A stretch of DNA of 64,000 nucleotides, taken from Promethearchaeota archaeon. Its GTDB lineage: Archaea; Asgardarchaeota; Lokiarchaeia; Sigyniarchaeales; SOKP01. The notes below the pieces were generated by a model. The model did not search any database and had not been told where the DNA came from. It was given only the letters and a program-made list of their open reading frames with translations. This document shows, one piece after another, positions 9,943 to 19,885 of this stretch (positions are counted from its first letter, which is position 1; each line of letters opens with the position of its first letter). The stretch lies in contig JAGXNO010000010.1 of NCBI GenBank assembly GCA_019894975.1, forward strand, positions 18,704-82,703. The letters run 5' to 3'. The position numbers and the translations under genes are program-made.

Positions 9943-10125
9943 TTTATTTTCACCCCTTCTATAAATAAAACTTAAATTTTTTTCTTTGATATAAATGTCA
10001 ATTTGTATATATATAATTTTTGATTCTTAATTCATCCTTAGAAAAGAATTTGAAAAATTCTATGAAGATCCTTTTATAATATATTTCATAATCTCTCTTA
10101 TTATTTCAAAAAAAGTAAAACTAAA

Positions 10126-11253
10126 ATGCCAGAATTTCAACCTTTTCTTATGGAGCGTTGGATGTCCAAATTTGAGCAAGAAGTTGAATTCAACTTATCT
10201 GAAAGCGGTGTACATCCAATATTGCTCAGCGAATTACTAAAAGATGATCCTGATAATATTAATCAATTACTTGCAACGGATCTTAACTATCCACATGTTG
10301 AGGGAATCCCTGAATTAAGAGAAAATATTGCTGCTCTCTATAATGGTGCTAGTATCAATAATATTTTAGTAACAACAGGAGCGATCGAAGCCAATTTTAA
10401 CGCAGTCCACACACTCCTTAGTAGAGGCGATGAAATCGTCATTATGCTCCCCAACTATATGCAAATATGGGGGATCGCTAAAAATTTTGAGTATAAAATA
10501 AAAACATTCCACTTACGTGAAGAAAACGGTTGGTCACCAGATATAGATGAGTTGAATGAAGTTGTATCTAAAAATACCAAGTTAATAGCTGTGTGCAATC
10601 CTAATAATCCTACAGGTTATATTCTTACTGAGAATGAAATGCAAGGAATTACGGACATAGCCGAACAGGCAGGAGCATGGGTTTTAGCTGATGAGGTATA
10701 TTCTGGAGCTGAACGACTAACTGATAATGAAACACCGTCTTTTTATGGACGATATGATAAAGTTATAGCAATTGGAAGTATGAGTAAAGCGTATGGGTTA
10801 CCAGGATTACGCATTGGGTGGGCAGTGGCTCCTGTTGATACTATAAATAAAATTTGGGCTCGACATGAATATACAACTATTAGTGCTACGATGCTCTCAA
10901 ATAAACTTGCAGCAATCGCACTCTCCCCTCAAGTCCGACCACGAATTATACAGCGCACTCGTAATTTTATTCGACAAGGATATCCGATCTTACAAAATTG
11001 GATGGAAAGCCATGAAAATACATTTACTGTTGTGCCCCCACAAGCAGCTGCGATTGCCTTTGTTCGATATAATTTAGATATCAACTCAACCGAATTTGCA
11101 GAACGATTGCGTAAAGAAAAGAGTGTTTTTCTTGTTCCTGGAGATCATTTTGGAATGGATAAATTCTTTCGGATTAGCTATGGATTACCCTCAGATTATC
11201 TTACCTCCGGACTAAATCGTATGCATGATTTAATTATGCAAATTAAGAGATAA
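10126..11253 (+). CDS. Class I/II PLP-dependent aminotransferase
   Basis: NLSESG, NPNNPTG, DEVY, SMSKAYGLPGLRIGW. Confidence 0.93.
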   Translation: MPEFQPFLMERWMSKFEQEVEFNLSESGVHPILLSELLKDDPDNINQLLATDLNYPHVEGIPELRENIAALYNGASINNILVTTGAIEANFNAVHTLLSRGDEIVIMLPNYMQIWGIAKNFEYKIKTFHLREENGWSPDIDELNEVVSKNTKLIAVCNPNNPTGYILTENEMQGITDIAEQAGAWVLADEVYSGAERLTDNETPSFYGRYDKVIAIGSMSKAYGLPGLRIGWAVAPVDTINKIWARHEYTTISATMLSNKLAAIALSPQVRPRIIQRTRNFIRQGYPILQNWMESHENTFTVVPPQAAAIAFVRYNLDINSTEFAERLRKEKSVFLVPGDHFGMDKFFRISYGLPSDYLTSGLNRMHDLIMQIKR

Positions 11254-11421
11254 ATTTTAGACTCCTTTTTATTATTTAAGAGATAAACCAATCAATAATT
11301 TTATTAATAGAAGATTAACTCTAGATAATTGTAGTGTTATCTCAAAAATACACTATTATAAATAAGTATTTTCCACAAAATTATAAAAAGAAAATTTAAA
11401 TAACTATAAAAGGAAAAATAT

Positions 11422-12717
11422 ATGCCAAAATCAGATTACTTCATCGGAGAAGCCTTAATTGGAGAAGGCGCAGACCTCGCTCACATAGATTTGATAATTG
11501 GTTCAAAAGATGGACCTGTAGGCATTTCTTTTGCTAATGCACTAAGCAACCCCTCAAAGGGTCATGGCGGTCTACTCGGAGCTATTCGCCCGAATTTAAT
11601 AACTCGCCCTTATACAATCATTATTCCCAAAGTCACAGTTGGCGATCTGGAAGATGCTAATAAGATCTTTGGTCCTGCCCAAGCAGCAGTTGCGAAAGGT
11701 ATTGCCGATGCCGTTGAAGAAGGCTTAATTCCTTTAAATAAAGTGGATGAATGGCTAATAATTGTTAGTGTGTTTATCCATCCTGCAGCTAAGGATTATC
11801 GAAAAATTTATCAGTATAATTATGGCGCAACAAAATTAGCTATTCAGAGAGCCATAAAATCATATCCTCCAATTGAAAAGATATTTTATGATAAAGATCG
11901 CGCTAAACACCCTGTTGCAGGGATACGTGTACCTAGACTCTGGCGTCCACCATACGTACAAGTAGCGTTAGACGCCCCGAATATAGAAAAGCAAATTAAA
12001 GTTGTAAAGCAACTACCAAAGAGTGATCGTATCATAATAGAAATCGGAACACCATTTCTTAAGAAATACGGGGTTGAATCGATTAAACAAATCCGAGAGG
12101 TTGCAAAAGAAAAATTCATCGTCGCTGATTTGAAAACATTGGATGTTGGTAAACTGGAAGTTGATTTTGCCTTTGATGCAACTGCTGACGCTGTTGTAGC
12201 AAGTGGTTTAGCTGCGACTGCCTCACTTGATAAGTTTATCCTAGAAGCACAACGAATGGGTATTCATGCTTTTGTTGATACAATGGAAGTTCAAAATCCT
12301 ATTGAGAAGTTAAGATCCCTAAAGCAAATTCCTGATGTCGTCATATTACACAGGGCAATAGATGTTGAGCAATCTGCAGCAGGAGATATATCGCATGACG
12401 CAGCTCAAAAAGCCCGTTGGGGTTTAGTTCCAAAAATAAAAGAATTATATGCTAGTCAAAAGAAAGCTTCAGGAAAAGATAGAGTACTGGTCGCTGTTGC
12501 TGGAGGTATTGAGCCAAGAACTGCAACATATGCTTTAGAACAAGGTGCCGATATATTAATTGTAGGGAGATTCATTGCTTCTGCTAAAGATGTGGAGTTT
12601 GCAATGAGAAGAATACTTAATGTACTACCTGGTTATCAAGATATCGACTTAAAGAGAATCCACTCTGAAGATGATGATAACTCTGTGGAAAAAAGTGGCG
12701 GTCCCAAATGGGATTAA
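11422..12717 (+). CDS. fae-hps: Bifunctional formaldehyde-activating enzyme / 3-hexulose-6-phosphate synthase
   Basis: Fae N-domain (GEALIGEG..AHIDLIIG..FGPAQAAVAK..YNYGATKLAI) plus HPS domain (QVALD, EIGTP, DLKTLDVG, VAGGI, VGR). Confidence 0.93.
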   Translation: MPKSDYFIGEALIGEGADLAHIDLIIGSKDGPVGISFANALSNPSKGHGGLLGAIRPNLITRPYTIIIPKVTVGDLEDANKIFGPAQAAVAKGIADAVEEGLIPLNKVDEWLIIVSVFIHPAAKDYRKIYQYNYGATKLAIQRAIKSYPPIEKIFYDKDRAKHPVAGIRVPRLWRPPYVQVALDAPNIEKQIKVVKQLPKSDRIIIEIGTPFLKKYGVESIKQIREVAKEKFIVADLKTLDVGKLEVDFAFDATADAVVASGLAATASLDKFILEAQRMGIHAFVDTMEVQNPIEKLRSLKQIPDVVILHRAIDVEQSAAGDISHDAAQKARWGLVPKIKELYASQKKASGKDRVLVAVAGGIEPRTATYALEQGADILIVGRFIASAKDVEFAMRRILNVLPGYQDIDLKRIHSEDDDNSVEKSGGPKWD

Positions 12718-12849
12718 CTATTGAAGAAATTTCATAAGCCTTAATTTTTTTTAGATCTCTGTTTTTCTTTTGTATATTAATTCCTAACATAATTTAAATT
12801 ACTTCTAGTATATTTTAGTATAGTACATTAATATATTAGAGATTGATTT

Positions 12850-13410
12850 ATGGTTCAACACGATAAGGGAAGTGAAGCAGAAACTCTACCAAGACCTGGT
12901 TCAGCTCTCTATAATTTGAATCATCCTGATGAAAAAATAAAGGAAAAAACACTAAAAAAATATAAAAGGGTAAATAAGTTCTTAGTTCTTCCTTTATATA
13001 GACTAAAAATTTTACCACTTCTTGGATTTGGCAGGGTTTTTCTGATTTTAATAACAAAAGGGAGAATTTCTGGTAAAAAAAGAAGGACTCCTTTAGAGTA
13101 CCATCGAATTGAGGGGATTATAACTATCTTTTCTGGAAGGGGGGAAGACTCTGGTTGGATGAAAAACATACGTGCTGCCTCTGAGTCGGTATGGGTTAAG
13201 CATGGTTTTCATTCATTTCATGCAAAAGTAGATTTTATACAAGATGAATCTGAAAAACTTAAAATTGTTAAATGGTATGTTAATAATCATAGTAAATCCG
13301 CAAAGATGCTATTTGGTTGGAATCCCAAGAAAGATAATCCTGAAATTACGGATTTTTCTGAATTTTTGAAAATGATTTCAATTATCCGTCTTATTCCTAA
13401 AGAGAATTAA
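12850..13410 (+). CDS. Deazaflavin (F420)-dependent nitroreductase/oxidoreductase family protein
   Basis: LITKGRISGKKRRTPL..W.KNI.A motif. Confidence 0.85.
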   Translation: MVQHDKGSEAETLPRPGSALYNLNHPDEKIKEKTLKKYKRVNKFLVLPLYRLKILPLLGFGRVFLILITKGRISGKKRRTPLEYHRIEGIITIFSGRGEDSGWMKNIRAASESVWVKHGFHSFHAKVDFIQDESEKLKIVKWYVNNHSKSAKMLFGWNPKKDNPEITDFSEFLKMISIIRLIPKEN

Positions 13411-13415
13411 GAGAA

Positions 13416-14669
13416 TTATTTTTGCTTTTCTAATTTGAAAATTTTATCATTTTTTTTGACAGGTCTATCAACTGTTATTCCAATAGTCATCCTTTCCTTA
13501 CTAGATGTGATGACTGGTGTTTCTGTTAGATTTCTTTTTTGTTTAATTTGAATAGATTTGACTTCTTGTCTCAGGTATGTGTCGGTATGAGTGCCAATAA
13601 TAAAGATTTCATCCTTTAACTTAAGATTTCCTGCCGTAAGTAAAATTTTGGCAGCTTTCTTTTCTGGGAAATAGTTCAAAACCTTACCTATCTCAATTTT
13701 TTTATAGTTTGAAATGTTGCCATCAAATTCTCTTTGTATTTCTCTGCCCGTTGGTAATCCAAAATAAAATCCTGTGGAGAACCCGCGATTGTATACCTTA
13801 TTCAACCTTTTAAGCCAATCTTTTACTTTATCTTGTGTGAAAGTATTTTCATAAAATGAATTAATTGCTTCACTGTAGCAAGAAGCTACCTCTTCAACGT
13901 ATATTGGATCTCTCATCCGACCTTCAATTTTAAAAGCGTCAATTTTTGCATTAATTAATTTTGGGATATGCTCAATCATACAGAGATCTTTTGCATTGAT
14001 AAAAAAAACTCCATCATAGAGCAGTTCGTTACTTTGATCATCATATACTCGCCATCTTCTTCTGCATGGTTGAACACACTTCCCTCTATTTGCAGAATAA
14101 TCCTGAGATTGACAGAGTTCAGCAGAAAAGTAACATCGCCCCGATATTGATGTGCATTGCGCCCCATGAACAAAAGTTTCAATTTCTACTTTACTTACCT
14201 TATTTTTAATTTCTTTAATTTGTTCTAATGATAGCTCCCTTGCAAGAATTAATCTTTGTGCTCCTAATGATTCATAGAATAATGCCGTACGAGAATTTGA
14301 AATATTAGCTTGAGTAGAAATATGGAAATTTAAACCCTTTTCTTTTACTAACTGGATTGCACTAATATCATGAATGATAACCGCGTCAATTTCTGCCTCT
14401 ACAGCTTTATCCAGTATTTGCTCTAAAAGAGATAATTCATTTTCATATATCACTATATTAGTTGTCAAATAGGCGCGAATATTATTACTGTGACATGTTT
14501 TCACTATGTTGTTTAAATCATCTAATTTAAAATTGTCACTGTACATTCTCATGTTAAGAGATTCAACACCAAAATAAACCGCATCAGTTTTTCCGAGTAC
14601 AGCATTTAAAGATTTATAGTTTTTTAAAGGAGCCATTAATTCGACTTGTTTTCCATCCATATTTTTCAT
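13416..14669 (-). CDS. U32 family protein (TrhP-like tRNA hydroxylation protein)
   Basis: ELMAP, DAVYFG, HISTQAN, LARELSL, ETFVHGA.C.SISGRC, ANRGKC.QPCR, FKIEGR. Confidence 0.92.
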   Translation of the reverse strand: MKNMDGKQVELMAPLKNYKSLNAVLGKTDAVYFGVESLNMRMYSDNFKLDDLNNIVKTCHSNNIRAYLTTNIVIYENELSLLEQILDKAVEAEIDAVIIHDISAIQLVKEKGLNFHISTQANISNSRTALFYESLGAQRLILARELSLEQIKEIKNKVSKVEIETFVHGAQCTSISGRCYFSAELCQSQDYSANRGKCVQPCRRRWRVYDDQSNELLYDGVFFINAKDLCMIEHIPKLINAKIDAFKIEGRMRDPIYVEEVASCYSEAINSFYENTFTQDKVKDWLKRLNKVYNRGFSTGFYFGLPTGREIQREFDGNISNYKKIEIGKVLNYFPEKKAAKILLTAGNLKLKDEIFIIGTHTDTYLRQEVKSIQIKQKRNLTETPVITSSKERMTIGITVDRPVKKNDKIFKLEKQK

Positions 14670-14938
14670 GATATATTTCTTTCAAAAGAATTTAATTTGA
14701 GACTTTTCTTAATGAAACTAGTATATCATAATCTAAATATTTACTATTTTCAAAATTAAAACTTCTAATAATGGAGAAAACAAAATGAAATTGGTTTTTT
14801 TTGAAAATTTTACATTATTGGAAGAGGTTTTATGACTTTTTTAATCCTATCTTTAATAAGATTTTTATCTATTGACAAATTAAATCAAACATTAAAGTTC
14901 TACTTTAATATATATGACAAATAAGGAGATTGTTAAAT

Positions 14939-15166
14939 ATGCCAGATAAATATAATATCGAAATGACCTTAGGAGATCTTTTAGAAGATGAAGTTTCTGG
15001 AAAATTCCTAAGAGAAAATTTAAAACAACTCGTTGAGAGTCCTCAAGCTCAAATGGCTATGGGCTTTTCATTACGTCAAATTCAAGAATATGCCGAGCAA
15101 ATGGCTCCAGGAACATTTACAAAGGAGCAGCTTGAAGAACTTGATAAGTCGTTAAAAGCACTATAA
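14939..15166 (+). CDS. Small helical protein, copy 1 (resembles C-terminal helical appendage of some glycoside hydrolases)
   Basis: SD AAGGAGA; MPDKY..EMTLGDLLED..MAMGFSLRQIQEYAEQM.PG.FTKEQLEE. Confidence 0.8.
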   Translation: MPDKYNIEMTLGDLLEDEVSGKFLRENLKQLVESPQAQMAMGFSLRQIQEYAEQMAPGTFTKEQLEELDKSLKAL

Positions 15167-15369
15167 GATAGTGTATAATTATTCCTAATTTTCAATTTTT
15201 TTTTCACTTTTCTTATTCAAATTCAAGATAAAAACAAGTAAATTACTTTACTGGAAGAGGATTTAAGATTTTTTTTGATCCTATCATTAAAAAGATTTTT
15301 ATCTATTAACAAATTAAATCAAACATTAAAGTTCTACTTTAATAGTTGACAAATAAGGAGATTGTTAAT

Positions 15370-15603
15370 ATGCCAGATAAATATAGTGTTGAAATGACCT
15401 TAGGGGACCTTTTAGAAGATCCAGTTACTGAAAAATTCTTAAAAAGTCTTCCAGGAATGGCACAAATGATTGAAAGTCCACAAGCTCAAATGGCTATGGG
15501 CTTTTCATTGCGTCAAATTCAAGAATATGCCGAGCAAATGTCCCCAGGACAATTTACTAAGGAGCAACTTGAAGAAATGGACAAAGGTTTAAAGGCTTTG
15601 TAA
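15370..15603 (+). CDS. Small helical protein, copy 2
   Basis: Paralog of 14939-15166 with the same SD context. Confidence 0.8.
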   Translation: MPDKYSVEMTLGDLLEDPVTEKFLKSLPGMAQMIESPQAQMAMGFSLRQIQEYAEQMSPGQFTKEQLEEMDKGLKAL

Positions 15604-15683
15604 ATACAAGGACACTTCTAAAATTATTTCTAATTTTTTTTTTATTCATTTAATTTACTAATTAAATATCTCTATAGAACATT

Positions 15684-15890
15684 CTAAAACAGACCTTCGA
15701 AGTACACACTTATGGCAAGCTTAGTACATATTTTTATGATTAACCTCCTTCCTCTCCGGTCTTCAAACCTATTTACCCATTTCTTATATTTTGTCATCCT
15801 TCTATCGTATTTCTGTTTGATAGGTTGTGTATTTTTCTTTCCCTTTTTATTTGCGTCATCATCACTAAGAGAAGGATTGAATCTTCTCAT
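15684..15890 (-). CDS. Small basic hypothetical protein
   Basis: ATG start, 68 aa, K/R-rich; more plausible than the overlapping + strand ORF. Confidence 0.45.
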   Translation of the reverse strand: MRRFNPSLSDDDANKKGKKNTQPIKQKYDRRMTKYKKWVNRFEDRRGRRLIIKICTKLAISVYFEGLF

Positions 15891-16154
15891 TATAATCTTC
15901 CATGATAGTAATAAAACTAACCTAAAAGAAGCGGATAGAAAAAAGCGACTTATTTCTAAAGAGAAAAATATAATTTTAATAAAGATCTGGGAGAATGTGA
16001 AGAAAACTAATTGGTTAAATGAAGTTATTAGGCAGATTGAAGAACAGACCGGTACAAGATTAACTCAGGAACAATTCCCTAAGTTTAGAAACTATCTTGG
16101 TAATTTAACTTCCAAGACTTAATTTTTTATACTTAAAATTATTTTGTTACTACA

Positions 16155-16775
16155 ATGAGCAGGAAATATCTCATTTGTCATCAGAAACAAAAGAAATGTC
16201 CCTTTAGAATTCTTGATATACAATTAGATGTCTTTGGTTGTAATTTTTATAAGCAATATTGGCAAGTTTTTAATGAAGGAAACTCTTTTGGTGCAAAAGT
16301 TTTAGTTAATCGGGCCTGCGAATGGATAAAAAAAGAAGAGAGACGACTAGATTTCATTAGTAAGGGTGCTAGTAAAGAAACTATCAAGATGTTAGAAAAT
16401 TTAGAGGTCGGGGACATGTTATTTTGGACAAACCGTGTAATATATGTAACACTGCTTGAGAAGCCAACCGAAATTAGTCAAATTGCACGACTCAAATGTC
16501 GGAAATCTGATGGTAAAGTAATCGAAATTCCAGCATATAATCTCTGTAAAATCTCAAGTGGGACATTCTATGGGGAATACTTCATTGAGGGTGTCAGGAA
16601 AGAGAAAAAAGTACAAGAGCTTGAGTATAAAACAAATTTGTACGGATTTAGGACTGAGATTGAGAGAAGGGAAGATGGATATCTACTAAAAATCTATGGG
16701 GATTCACAACGAGAAGTTGATGATTTTATATCCCTCTCTTTAGAACAAGATTTTGATATTTCTCCCTATATTTGA
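16155..16775 (+). CDS. Hypothetical protein
   Basis: 206-aa ORF with normal composition; no motif recognised. Confidence 0.7.
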   Translation: MSRKYLICHQKQKKCPFRILDIQLDVFGCNFYKQYWQVFNEGNSFGAKVLVNRACEWIKKEERRLDFISKGASKETIKMLENLEVGDMLFWTNRVIYVTLLEKPTEISQIARLKCRKSDGKVIEIPAYNLCKISSGTFYGEYFIEGVRKEKKVQELEYKTNLYGFRTEIERREDGYLLKIYGDSQREVDDFISLSLEQDFDISPYI

Positions 16776-16903
16776 ATTTGCACTTCTATAGAAAAAGTAA
16801 AAGAAAAGGCAAAAAAAAATATTTATAATATCTTGTGCTAGCTGATATAAACTCGTCTCTCTTCTTCGCATTCTTGTTTTTCGCTTATGGATTCTGCCAG
16901 AAA

Positions 16904-19159
16904 CTACTTTATGGGGCGACTATTAGCTTGAAATATAGGACCGATAAACTGGGAATATAAAACACTGTACGCAGTTTGATTAGATACGACAGCAATCATT
17001 TCCGATTCTTTAGCAGAATGTGGACATAATATTACCTCTTCAGCATCACGAGTTAAGGCATAAAAATCTGCTGGTGTCTGTAATTGTCGAAATTGTATGT
17101 TTCCAAGCTGCTTCATTTTGTTAATTATCCCTCCATATTTTTGCAGGTCCCAGTGGCTCGTTAGCATGAATCTTGCCGCTTTCTTCTGGAAAGCGTATTC
17201 AGAAACCACTTGAAGGATTTCAGGAACGACAACCGGAGTCACAATGATAATTGAAGATTTAACTCTATATATAGCATCTTTCATAACAGATATCATCGCT
17301 TCTCTTCCAACAACCTGCCATGTAGTAATTTCTGCTATTTCTGGGATTGAACTTGAAGCGTTATGAATATCATTTAGTTTGTCTTCATTATTTTCACCAA
17401 GCTCAGTGGCATCATCGATGGAGTTCATGAATTGTAAAGTGAAATCAGCGATTGCATCCTTAACATTTTGAATAGTATCTCGAGCAGTGTTTGATAGACT
17501 ATTTTGAAGAGTCTTTGCATTTGTTTCATATTTAGTCTTGTGATCTGCGAGCATACTGGCCAAATTATTGTCCATATCTTTGGCTTCGGCATCCCATAAT
17601 CGGATTTCACCGTCAATTTTATCTGACGAGTCACGTTTTCCTTCTGTGAATTTAGTTCCTACTTCTCGTAACCAGTTTTCCTTAATGCTTTTAACTTCAG
17701 TATCGAAATTTGTATAATGACGTAAACTGTTGTCTTTATGGATATTAATTGCATCATCGTGTTGTTTGTGATGTTGCTTTAGTGAATTCTCTAACGAGTC
17801 TTTTAATTTTAAGTTGGTATCGGAACAATCTTTAACACCCGTTTGTAGTGTATCATCCACTTCACCAGCTAAATCAGTAGCTAAATTTTCTAGTTGGGCA
17901 TCTATAGTTTCTTTCGCTTTAAAATCAAGATCATTAGTTTCGTTTGCTAATCCATTATTTTCATTTACCATAATATCTGTTACATCAGCTTTAATCTGAT
18001 CAGTGGTTCCTCGAGTGTTAGTAATATAATTATCACTTGTTTTGGAAAAATCTTCTTTCATGGGTTTCGTATATACTAAAATATTCTGAATGGTTGTTTC
18101 ATGTCTTGCTTTATATTTCTTTTTCTTACCCATCCAGAGAAATCCTTTTTTAGCGATATCTTCAGAAAAGTCAGTAAACCTGTTAGCATGTTCGAGTAAG
18201 TTATCAATTAGAGTTAGAGTCATGCTTTTAAAATCATTAGTTTGATCTGTTAATATTCGATGTCTATCATCAACTGTAGCTTTTAAACTGGTTTGGAGAG
18301 TATCGGTAGTGTTTTTCACATGGTTCAATTGCTCTTTTAATACACTTGAAATCCTTTCTTTTAGATCTGAGACTACTCTATCCATACGTTCAAGATATTT
18401 TTCTAAAATTTGCTCCATTCTAGGTTTAAGCTGATTAGCAGTAGTTTTATGTCTTTCTACATGTTCATCTAAATCTCTTTTAAGCTCTTTATCCAAATCT
18501 TCAACTCTCGTTGAAAAATCATTTAATAAATTTGCAATTATTGTAGTTAAATTATCTTTAGTGCTATTTATTTCAGTTTCGTACTTGTTAATGTGGGTGG
18601 TTGAAATGTCGGTTACATTTGAATTTAAGGCATCCATAATTGAGTGTAGGTTGCTTTCAAGCGCTTTACTAGTTTCTGAAAAACGAATTGTTGCCTTATC
18701 AATTGTATTTTTTTTAGTGGAGTTTTTTGAATCAGAATCTTCAAAAAAACTCTTAATCTGAGAGTCAACAGCGTGTTCTACTTCTCCTATACTTTTATTC
18801 TGAATATCTTCAAGCTTTTCAAAACGATTTGATTGATCGGCCAAGATCGAATCTTTGATTTTGGCAATTTCATTTCTAAATACATCTGATTCATTAGTAA
18901 ATAATTCGAAAAAAGGTTCTAAGGGAATAAATCTTGGTACAATTCCTTCTATTCTCTTTAAGAAATTCTTCTCCACTAACCAATCCGTAATTTCTGAAAC
19001 AGTTTCGTAGGCTAAGTCTGCTTTTTCTACAGCTAAAGTCATAAATACTTCTGACATCGATGCGCGGGGAACTCTTAAATATGCTAAATACACATTTATA
19101 TGCTCTTCGCTAAATCCATATCGAGTAAATACTTCTTTAGTGAATTCTTTTAATGACAT
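16904..19159 (-). CDS. TrmB-like wHTH + long helical/coiled-coil region + C-terminal PLD-like (TrmB effector-type) domain
   Basis: YGFSEEHINVYLAYL..L.EKNFLKRIEG..PRFIPLEP wHTH; about 550 aa helical region; C-terminal GRE...VMKDAI..VKSSIIIVTP..RDAEEVILCP. Confidence 0.75.
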   Translation of the reverse strand: MSLKEFTKEVFTRYGFSEEHINVYLAYLRVPRASMSEVFMTLAVEKADLAYETVSEITDWLVEKNFLKRIEGIVPRFIPLEPFFELFTNESDVFRNEIAKIKDSILADQSNRFEKLEDIQNKSIGEVEHAVDSQIKSFFEDSDSKNSTKKNTIDKATIRFSETSKALESNLHSIMDALNSNVTDISTTHINKYETEINSTKDNLTTIIANLLNDFSTRVEDLDKELKRDLDEHVERHKTTANQLKPRMEQILEKYLERMDRVVSDLKERISSVLKEQLNHVKNTTDTLQTSLKATVDDRHRILTDQTNDFKSMTLTLIDNLLEHANRFTDFSEDIAKKGFLWMGKKKKYKARHETTIQNILVYTKPMKEDFSKTSDNYITNTRGTTDQIKADVTDIMVNENNGLANETNDLDFKAKETIDAQLENLATDLAGEVDDTLQTGVKDCSDTNLKLKDSLENSLKQHHKQHDDAINIHKDNSLRHYTNFDTEVKSIKENWLREVGTKFTEGKRDSSDKIDGEIRLWDAEAKDMDNNLASMLADHKTKYETNAKTLQNSLSNTARDTIQNVKDAIADFTLQFMNSIDDATELGENNEDKLNDIHNASSSIPEIAEITTWQVVGREAMISVMKDAIYRVKSSIIIVTPVVVPEILQVVSEYAFQKKAARFMLTSHWDLQKYGGIINKMKQLGNIQFRQLQTPADFYALTRDAEEVILCPHSAKESEMIAVVSNQTAYSVLYSQFIGPIFQANSRPIK

Positions 19160-19374
19160 AAATTTATCTCCATAATTGGTATAAAATTCAAATTAAAATA
19201 ATTTTAAGATGAATTCCTTATAAATATTTTAATTTGATTATCTTTAATAATATTTTCAAAATCATAATATAAAAACTTAGACTTCGATTTCTTAAATTTA
19301 ATCTAAAAGATGTATTAGAATCCTTCCAGATTTTTCCCTTAAAACCAAAAATATGGAGAATTACTCGTCAGTTC

Positions 19375-19875
19375 TTAAGTATCTTTTAAAATGATACTTC
19401 TGGCATAATTAATTAGACCACCTTTAGATAAGATCTCTTCTATAAAAGAGGGCATCTTATTAACTTTAATTTCAACATCCTTAGAAAGATTCTTTATCAT
19501 CCCCTCATTAAATTTGATATCTATTTCATCGTCTGTGTTTATAAGCTCAATGTCAGAAAGCTCAATTATGGGGAGACCAATGTTTATCGCATTTCTAAGA
19601 AATATCCTTGCAAAAGAGGATGCAATTATACACTTAATTCCTGCAGATTTAAGGGCAATTGGTGCTTGCTCTCTACTTGAACCACATCCAAAATTCGATC
19701 CCGCTACGATTATGGTATAATCGTGTTTATTTTTTTTCTCAATGAATTTTGCATCTAAATCTTCCATACAATGTTTAGCTAGATACTCAGGATCAGAAAC
19801 CGTTAAGTATCTAGCAGGAATGATAAGGTCAGTATTTATATCCTTCATATCATATTTTATAACTTTTCCAATCAT
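19375..19875 (-). CDS. leuD: 3-isopropylmalate dehydratase small subunit
   Basis: DINTDLIIPARYL, AGSNFGCGSSREQAP, SFARIF.RNAINIGLP, GGLI. Confidence 0.93.
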   Translation of the reverse strand: MIGKVIKYDMKDINTDLIIPARYLTVSDPEYLAKHCMEDLDAKFIEKKNKHDYTIIVAGSNFGCGSSREQAPIALKSAGIKCIIASSFARIFLRNAINIGLPIIELSDIELINTDDEIDIKFNEGMIKNLSKDVEIKVNKMPSFIEEILSKGGLINYARSIILKDT

Positions 19876-19885
19876 AAGATTCCCT

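Larger units (their letters stand above)
14815..15603 (+). repeat. Tandem duplication of promoter plus small gene (period about 433 bp)
   Basis: Copy 1 about 14815-15166 and copy 2 about 15248-15603 share upstream ACAAATTAAATCAAACATTAAAGTTCTACTTTAATA, SD AAGGAGA and near-identical coding sequence. Confidence 0.92.

Noticed and set aside
15712-15960. 5' part of the 136-aa + strand ORF as a membrane protein
   Set aside because: Its hydrophobicity is the antisense mirror of the K/R-rich minus-strand ORF
16790-16906. Pyrrolysine/TAG readthrough or L41e-like peptide after the 751-aa gene
   Set aside because: The extension runs into low-complexity T-tract sequence, no pyl genes are in the window, and the basic peptide frame lacks a credible start
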